Positions 56,740-64,000 of a stretch of 64,000 nt of DNA are shown here, piece after piece (position 1 is the stretch's first letter; every line of letters starts with the position of its first letter). The position numbers and the translations under genes are program-made. Below the pieces are notes generated by a model that saw only the letters and a list, made by a program, of their open reading frames with translations, was not told where the DNA came from and did not search any database. Source of the stretch: an uncultured Methanomicrobiaceae archaeon (GTDB lineage: Archaea; Halobacteriota; Methanomicrobia; Methanomicrobiales; Methanoculleaceae); the NCBI GenBank assembly GCA_963826525.1, contig CAWGXH010000003.1, positions 288,001 through 352,000 of the forward strand. Reading direction: 5' to 3'.

Positions 56740-57245
56740 GGGGAGTTCCTCCGCCCGGCCTCTTCTGAAAAGTCCCTGATCTCCTGTATCCGGAGAGGAA
56801 TCATCATATACGGCTTTGCAATATCCTCGACGCTCTTCATTGCCAGGTAGTATATGTGCCGGATCTCCGTCCCACCCGCAGCAACGGCTGCGAGGGCTCC
56901 TGCAATCGTGGCTTTCCTTCCCGAGGTGATGTCGAGTGCGATGAGGAACCCTTCACCTGAAAGCCGCTCGACGAGGGAGCCGACCGTCCGCCCGGCACCG
57001 ACAAAATCCGCCTCCTCCACAAGCTCGAGGAAGATCTCCGGGTCTGCCCCATAGGCCTCCGAGATGATCCCGATCGCCGCCTTTGCCGTTTCTGCGTTCT
57101 CTGCATACGGCCGTTCCGCAATAATATAGACCCGCTCGGGGCGAAGGCCCCGCTCCCGGAGGACGGCATAGTAGGTGTTGACGAGAGCCCACGTCGACCG
57201 CCCGAGAGGAGTTATATAGGCATCCTGTGGCATCGGCATCTCCAA
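56736..57245 (-). CDS. Stand-alone CARF-like protein
   Basis: ITPLGRS (motif I) and LDITSGRK (motif II) in a 169-aa Rossmann-like protein. Confidence 0.75.
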   Translation of the reverse strand: MEMPMPQDAYITPLGRSTWALVNTYYAVLRERGLRPERVYIIAERPYAENAETAKAAIGIISEAYGADPEIFLELVEEADFVGAGRTVGSLVERLSGEGFLIALDITSGRKATIAGALAAVAAGGTEIRHIYYLAMKSVEDIAKPYMMIPLRIQEIRDFSEEAGRRNSP

Positions 57246-57573
57246 AGAGATTCTGGTCTTCCTTCTTCAAAACTCTCTCCCGGATCTATATAGTTTTTTT
57301 CCGGTGGGATCGCCGTCGCCCGTGGGGCGTTTTGCCGGCTCGAAAACCGTTTTTCTGTTCTTCTTCGATCTGCTTACGGCGGTTTTTCAAAGAGATTGTC
57401 TTTTTGGGAAACGGCTTAATCTGGTTCTGATTTCACATCTGAGATTTAATAGGGGCTTATAGGGGAAACAAACCCCTCAGAAAAAGAATAAAATTTGGTA
57501 AGAATTTTATGATAAGTCCGCTAAAAGGGGTACTTGAGCGCTACGCTTCAGAGATCCGTGAAGGGAACGAGCG

Positions 57574-58185
57574 ATGACGAGAGATGCAGGACCAGGAACG
57601 CCTGAAGAGATCTGGGGTCTCGTCGACCCCGACCAGACGAGAAAGATGCGCCGGGACGCGATCGAGGACGGCGAGCTTATCGAGATAACCCGGATGGGAA
57701 AAGACATCGGCATACGCTACCCCCTTGCCGTATCGGCACGGGCGGCGGAGCGTCTGGTGCCGTTCCCGAACATCCCCCAGGATACCGTCACGGAGAACCT
57801 GTGGGATACGCTCCATGCATTCCGGGAGAAGGCATCGAGCACCCCCGAAGCGGAGTTTATCTTCTCGGTGAGCCTCTACCTGAACGGTCTGGTGCCGACG
57901 CTGACGTTCAAAGCGACGGTCTCGGCGGGGGACGAGGGCGAGCCGGTCATCACCATAATGACCCCCGAGGAAGACTGGGAGAGTGTCGGCGGCGGCGTCC
58001 CGTCTTCCGATAGCCCTGCCGGGCCCGCGCTCTTTACCGTCGATGATGTTGCGCGCCTGCTGAAGTTCTCCCCCTGCCGTATCCGGGCCTTCATCCGGGA
58101 CGAGAAGATTCCCGCCGTCAAGTGCGGAGGGTCGTGGCGTATCAGGCGGTCGGATATCGAGCGCATCATCACCGACGGGTTCTGA
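57574..58185 (+). CDS. DUF6573-like domain fused to an excisionase-type HTH (HTH_17)
   Basis: RRDAIEDGELIEI...GIRYPLAV...LWD...GDEGEPVITIM; LFTVDDVARLL...IPAVKCGGSWRIRRSDI. Confidence 0.72.
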   Translation: MTRDAGPGTPEEIWGLVDPDQTRKMRRDAIEDGELIEITRMGKDIGIRYPLAVSARAAERLVPFPNIPQDTVTENLWDTLHAFREKASSTPEAEFIFSVSLYLNGLVPTLTFKATVSAGDEGEPVITIMTPEEDWESVGGGVPSSDSPAGPALFTVDDVARLLKFSPCRIRAFIRDEKIPAVKCGGSWRIRRSDIERIITDGF

Positions 58186-58317
58186 GAACCGATCCGCTCC
58201 CCTCCCGCGGAAAGATTCTGTCTTCGGACCAACCCCCTATTTTTAGTTTGCGATTCTGGATTCGCCATATGAGGAAACGTATATCCTTTTTATACGTGCT
58301 AATGTAGATATTAGTGC

Positions 58318-61300
58318 ATGCGGACGAGTGGCATGCCCTTTTGTCGGATCTGCACCGGTACATCGGGCGCCGGGCTCTCCGACGGCATGACGAGCAGCGC
58401 TGCCTGTTACGGGAGAGGTTACCTGCCGTACGGCACCGGGTGCGCGGGCATGCTTGCACTCGTCGCTCTCCTCTGCACCCTCGCTCTCTTTGCCTCCCCG
58501 TCTCTCTCCTTCGATACCGTTCCGGTCTCCCCCGATATGCCTCTCGTGGCAGTGGCCGGACTCTTTGGCGAGAGGGGCCGTTCCCTGCTCGGCAGGTTAT
58601 GGCGTACCGGGGAGCCGAAGGAGACTGCCGATGAACCGGGTTCTGCGGAGAGGAAGATCGTTCCCGCAGAAGACGAACCACGTCCACCGGCTATTCCTAG
58701 AGGAGAGATGCCCCTCGCGATCCCGGCCGCCGCCGACGATCCATCCACAATCATCGAACGTCTTGATGCCATCCCCGTCATTGCGGAACAGGTACTCGGC
58801 GTTTGCCGCGCTCGATGCCGCCGAGTTTAAAAGCCGCATGAGTGATTCGGCAGCCGCTCTTCTGGAGGATGACGAATTCGCCGGGAGTTTTTTAGAACCG
58901 CACCGCTCCGAAGAGACGGATCCCTTCGAAGAGGAGGCGGCTTGCGGGGGGAACGAACCTGTTCTTGACCCGGCTCCGCCCGAGGATCTTGCGGCCCTTC
59001 CGGCCGAAGAGTCCGGGATGCTGGAGGATGCTCTCTCCGAACTCGAAGCGATCGATCTGCCGGAGAGCGACCCGGCGTTCCCGGATCTCGCGATCGATGA
59101 GTGCGAGCCGGAGACGGACGAACCCGAATACGGTGCTCTCTCTCCCGACGAACTCGTTACACGCCTCGGGAGCGATGATGCGGACGAGCGTCGGCGTGCG
59201 GTACAGGCGCTCGGAGCGATCGGTGCCGAGGCGGTCGGGCCGCTCATCGGCGTGCTCGGCGATGCGGGCGATCAGGTCAGGTGGGCTTCCGCGGATGCTC
59301 TCCGGATCATCGGCACTCCTGCTATTCCGTCCCTGATCCGTTCTCTCAAGGACCCCGCCCTGCAGCTCGGCGCCGCGACGGCACTCGTGAAGATGGGCGA
59401 ACCCGCGGTGCCGCACCTCATCGAGGCGCTCATCGACGGAGACCGCGATATCCTTATCGGAGCAGTGTACGCCCTCGAGGAGATTGGCAAACCGGCGATA
59501 CCCTACCTTGTCCCGGCGCTCACGCGTCCCGAAGAGGGGCTCTCGAGGAAGGCTGCCGAACTCCTCGGAGAACTTGGATGGAAGCCGGAAGACGACGACG
59601 GGCGGATCGGCTACCTGATCGCCCGGGAAGAATGGATTGCTATCGCAGAACTCGGCGAACCCGCGGTCGACCCGCTTATCGAACTGCTCGCATCCTCCGA
59701 CCCGGGTGTCCGGCGGAGTGCGGCGCGGACGCTCGGCGCGATGGGGGAGATTGCCGTGGACCGACTGGCCGCGGTTCTCAGGGAAGGTGACCTGCAATCG
59801 CAGAAACTGGCCGGGCTTGCTCTCGCAGATATCGGCACGCCCGCGGTCGGGCCGCTTTTCGGGATGCTCCGGATTCCGGAGATCCGGACGACGGCCGGCG
59901 CGGCGCTCGCCAGGATCGGCGAGCCGGCGGTGCAGCCTCTTCTATCGGCGTTGCAGGGCGCGGAGGATGATTGCCGAGAGACCCTGCAGGGCATTCTCGT
60001 CGGCATCGGCGAGCCGGCGGAGACCGCGCTCATCCAGGTGTTGATGACGGGCGGCACGGATGAAGGCCGGGTCGCGGCACCGGTTCTCGAGAGGATGGGC
60101 TGGGAGCCGTGGAACGATCACGAGCGGGCTCACTATCTGGTTGCAAAGGAGCAGTGGACCGAGCTTGCGCTGCTCGGTCAGGCGGCGCTCGCTCCGCTTA
60201 TCCGGGCAGTCGCGAGCGACGACCCGTCTATCCGGCGTGAAGCAGCGGAGACGCTCGGTCAGCTCGGCGATGCACAGGCCGTCCTGCCTCTCGTGCGTGC
60301 CCTCGACGACGAGTTCATCCGCATCGAGGCCGCAGAGGCACTTTTCAGAATCGGCAATCCCGCCGTCGCCCCCCTCCTGCAGGTGCTCGAACAGGGCGAC
60401 GGGGAGGCGCGAAGGCTTGCAGCCGAGATCCTCGGACGTATTGGCCGTGCAGAAGCGACCGGGGGGCTTATCCGGGCTCTGTATGCCGGAGACGACCGCC
60501 TGCGGAGAGTGGCGGTGGACTCCCTTGCGGCGATCGGCGAGCCTGCGGTGGCTCCGCTGATTGCAACCCTCGGCGAGGATGACGACCTGCAGATGAGCGG
60601 GATCCTCGCGCTTGCACGGATTGGGGCGAGCAGTCTCGACCCGCTCCGGAGTGCTCTTGCTTCCCGGAGCCCCCGGGTTCGGGCGGGAGCTGCAGAGGCG
60701 CTGGAGCGGCTCGGCTGGTCTCCCCGGGATGATACGGACCGGGCACGGTATCTGGTCGCACGGGAGCGGTGGGTGGATGCTGCAGCCCTCGGGGAGCCGG
60801 CAGTGGCTCCGCTCATCGATGCGTTCCGTGACCCGGACGGAGCAGCCCGGGCCGGTGCCGGGGAAGCGCTTCTACGCATCGGGGCAGGTGCGGTGCCGTC
60901 GCTCATCGGTCTTTTTGACGACGATTCGTCCCGTGAGGCGGCGGCGGGGCTGCTTGAACGGATAGGCGTTCCTGCGCTCGACCCGCTTCTCCGGGTGCTC
61001 GGCGATGAGCGAACCGGCAGAATTGCGGCGGATATTCTGGTGCGGATCGGCGAGCCGGCCGGCCGCGCGCTGGTGCCCGCTCTCACCAGTCCGGACGTTC
61101 TGCCCGAAGCGAGATACGCACTGACCGCCATGGGTATCCGCGCCGTCGAACCGCTCGTCGATGCGCTCCGCGACGATCGCCTTCGACGGGAGGCTGCCGA
61201 TATCCTGCTCGCGATCGGGAGCGATGCCTATGCTCCGCTCATTCGCGCGCTCTCCGATCCCGATGAGGATATCCGGCTCGGCGTTGCTGCGGTCCTTACC

Positions 61301-62569
61301 CGTGTGGGAACGGCTGCGGCGGACGATCTCGTCGATGCCCTCGGATCGGATGATTTCAGGGTGCGCCTCGGTGCTGCGGAGGTCCTCGGGCGGATCGGGT
61401 GGCGGCCTCGGAGCGAGGCGGAGGCTATCCACTACCTTCTCGCGAAGGAGCAGTGGACGGAACTTGCGCGCCTCGGCGCTCCGGCGGTGGCTCCGCTCAT
61501 CCTCGCCCTCAGCGACCCCGACGGGGACGTGCAGATGGGGGCGGCTTCGGCACTCGGTATGATAGGGAGGCCCGCCGTAGCGCCCCTTATCCTCGCGCTC
61601 CGTGACGAAGATGCGGTCGAGAGCGAAAAGGCGATCGAAGCGCTGCGGAAGATCGGGGAGCCTGCCATAGATGCGCTGATCCAGGCATTCCGGGACGAGG
61701 ACTGGCAGATCCGTCTCGGAGCGGCGCGGGCGCTCGTCAGGATAGGAACTCCGTCGGTCGACCCGCTTATCCAGGCGCTACACCTCGGGTCGCCTTCGAT
61801 CACGATGGGTGCCGCAGCCGCGCTCGGCAAGATAGGCGATCCGAGAGCCGTCGACTCCCTGGTGCTGGTGCTCCTGCAGGAGGACTGGCATATCGGCAGG
61901 CTCGCAGTGCATGCTCTCGGGATGCTCGGCGAGCCCGCTATCGATCCGCTGACGCGGGTGCTCAAAGACGGGAGCGAGACGGCCTGGAAGGGTGCCGTGG
62001 CTGCTATCGTGACGATCGGCGAGCCCGCAAAGCCGCGGCTCTGCGAACTGCTCGCGGACGATCATTTCCGGGTTCGGGCAGGGGCTGCGGAGGCGCTGGA
62101 TCGCCTGCACTGGAAGCCGGCCGATACGGTTGCCCGCGCCCACTACCTGATCGCAAAAGAGCAGTGGGTCGATCTGGTGCACCTCGGCGGAACTGCCGTC
62201 GAACCGCTCATCGGGGTGCTCCGTGACGGTGATGACAGTATCAGACGGCGGGCTGCCGGGCTCCTCGGGGAGATCGGGGACGCTCGCGCCGCAGAGCCGC
62301 TTCTTTGCCTGCTCTCCGACGACTACCACAGTATCCGCCGGGAGGCTGCAGCCGCGCTCGTCAAGATAGGAGAGCCGTCGGTCGGACCGCTCATCCGTGC
62401 TCTTGCGAGCGGTGACGAAGACGTCCGGCGGCGGGCTTGTGGAGCACTCGGGGATATCGCGAGCGTCGAGGCGGCAGAGCCCCTCCGTCAGGCGCTTACC
62501 GATGCGAGCTGGCACGTGCAGCAGGCCGCACGCGATGCACTTTTGAAGATCCGGCAGCGGCGCGGGTAA
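58318..62569 (+). CDS. Giant HEAT/PBS-lyase repeat protein, probably with N-terminal hydrophobic anchor; start uncertain, frameshift near 58792
   Basis: Dozens of AA.ALG.IG.PAV.PLI.AL units after an acidic linker. Confidence 0.88.
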
Positions 62570-62640
62570 GCGGCCCGTACAGGTGCCGGACGCTTAATCG
62601 CGAACGGAGAGTTCCCGTCATAACTGATAGTCCGGAGCAG

Positions 62641-62685
62641 GAGGGGGCTCTGCCCCCTCCCGCACCCTCCCCCGCGATGCGATAG
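62641..62685 (+). repeat. Dispersed intergenic repeat, copy B, with GGAGGGGGC-TCT-GCCCCCTCC hairpin
   Basis: 42 of 45 positions match 17751-17794. Confidence 0.75.
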
Positions 62686-62894
62686 GTGGGATTGGCCGTG
62701 TCCCCGGTCCGACATGTATTGCCGTTTTTTGTTGATCGACTCCGGAAGATTACTCCAATCAGAATTGATCTTTTCATTCCCGGACACTTCTCCGACCGGC
62801 TACAATGCAGCGGGGCGACGCAGAATTTCTGCAGGAGAATGGAGCGCGTATGCTCGATGCGCGTAACAATAACAGAATCGGAACAAAACTGTGA

Positions 62895-62979
62895 TGCGAG
62901 GGGAGCGATTTGAACGCTCGGACCCCTTCGAGACTAGGCCCTCAACCTAGCGCCTTTGACCTGGCTCGGCAACCCTCGC
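62895..62979 (-). tRNA. tRNA-Leu(GAG)
   Basis: Acceptor stem GCGAGGG/CCCTCGC, anticodon arm CTAGG-TTGAGGG-CCTAG, long variable arm, GTTCAAATC. Confidence 0.95.
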
Positions 62980-63194
62980 ACGTGTCCTCTATATAGAATG
63001 CTGTGCCCCCTAAAATAGATTGCTCTTCGTTCCCGGGGTGGCGGCCTGCGGGGAAGGACTCATTCCCCTCATCCACCCGATCTGCATCCTGTTTTTTCCT
63101 TGGATACTGCGGCCGCCGTGGTGAACGGCGGGGCGCCAACGCCCACCAACCGGCATCGGTGTATATTTATCCGCATCGCTCCAATCTCTGACGC

Positions 63195-63696
63195 ATGTGG
63201 GCTGAGATCCTGCGGGAGTTCTCCGACTCGCCGTCCCAGTGCAGAGTGGTGCGTTTTCTGCTGGAAAACGGTTTCGGCGTCAACGAAGACGGCAGAATCG
63301 TATGCAACGGAGTCGAGATTCCGGCGACGCATATCGGAAAGGCGATCGACACGGACCGGCGCGTCGTGGACGCCACCGCCCGCCGCATCCTCGCCATCCC
63401 CGCTCTCAGAGATGTCTTCACGCATATGCGGGCGTCTCCCGATCTCTCCCGGGTCGCCGAGGCGCTGGGTCTTTCCGTGATCACGCTCATCCCGAAGAAT
63501 GCGCAGCAGAAAGGCATCGTCGGTGCGGCGGTGGCGGTGCTCGTGAACCACCAGCTCGCGATTAGGCAGATCTTCGTGACCGACCCCTACTTCGCCGAAG
63601 AGCCGAAGCTCGTCATGATCCTCGACGAAAAAGTGCCTTCCGTGGTCTTCGAGGAGCTCCCGGGCGCTTCCGCAGGTAAAACAACTGATTATCTGA
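63195..63696 (+). CDS. ACT-domain amino acid metabolism regulator; frameshift near 63660
   Basis: LLENGF.V, DRRVVD, GIV..V...IRQ...DP; corrected end LPQVKQLII*. Confidence 0.82.
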
Positions 63697-64000
63697 AGAG
63701 TTCCATCTCCAGATACAACCGGTACATCCGTCTTCTCATCTTTCGCGGGAGATCGATCGAGCGGAGGAGCCGCTCCTCGATGGTGATCACCCGCGTCCCT
63801 TTCACCAGATTATCCGCATGGGCGACGATCTTCTCCTCGATGGTGCGGGGCAGCGCGTCGCGGGGCAGCAGGCCGAGCAGGGATGCTTCGTCCGCCGTCA
63901 GCCCGGCGCCGATATGCCGCTCGACGATGGAGATTACCGGCGCGGGAAGGCCGAGCGAGCGGCATACCTCCCCTCCCGCCTCCGCATGATCGAGCCCGTG
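63689..64000 (-). CDS. HD-domain protein, 3' part only
   Basis: HGLDHA, ERHIGAG, PRTIEEKIVAHADNL. Confidence 0.8.
   Translation of the reverse strand, partial: HGLDHAEAGGEVCRSLGLPAPVISIVERHIGAGLTADEASLLGLLPRDALPRTIEEKIVAHADNLVKGTRVITIEERLLRSIDLPRKMRRRMYRLYLEMELFR

Noticed and set aside
55030-62979. Intact integrated element at tRNA-Leu
   Set aside because: No integrase, no duplicated tRNA 3' end seen, and codon style matches the host.

Overview
This is a high-GC archaeal chromosomal segment. Gene content (pycAB, F420 reductase, FBP aldolase/phosphatase, AglJ, Lsm, archease/RtcB, intron-containing tRNA-Met) indicates a Methanomicrobiales methanogen, probably Methanoculleus-like. Most of it is housekeeping: a biotin/pyruvate carboxylase cluster, rtcB-archease, secFD, btuFCD, fbp, cdc48-hsp20, thiC, rnz, a RecJ-like gene and two tRNAs. 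About 20 genes carry single-base frameshifts, most likely sequencing errors. Many of these fall in or beside TCGA, AGCT or GTAC. The two best candidates for undescribed systems are: (1) an overlapping CARF-only + PIN nuclease + HAD phosphatase operon with no CRISPR array or cyclase in the window, divergent from a DUF6573-like/excisionase-HTH fusion; (2) a ParA - cytoplasmic six-PAS chemoreceptor - CheW - CheR operon, where the ParA has an internal MinD-like amphipathic helix. Other signals are an AT-rich synonymous patch inside cdc48, candidate BirA and heat-shock operators, a dispersed ~45-bp intergenic repeat and a giant HEAT protein with a higher-order repeat. All family assignments come from motif recognition by eye, not database searches.
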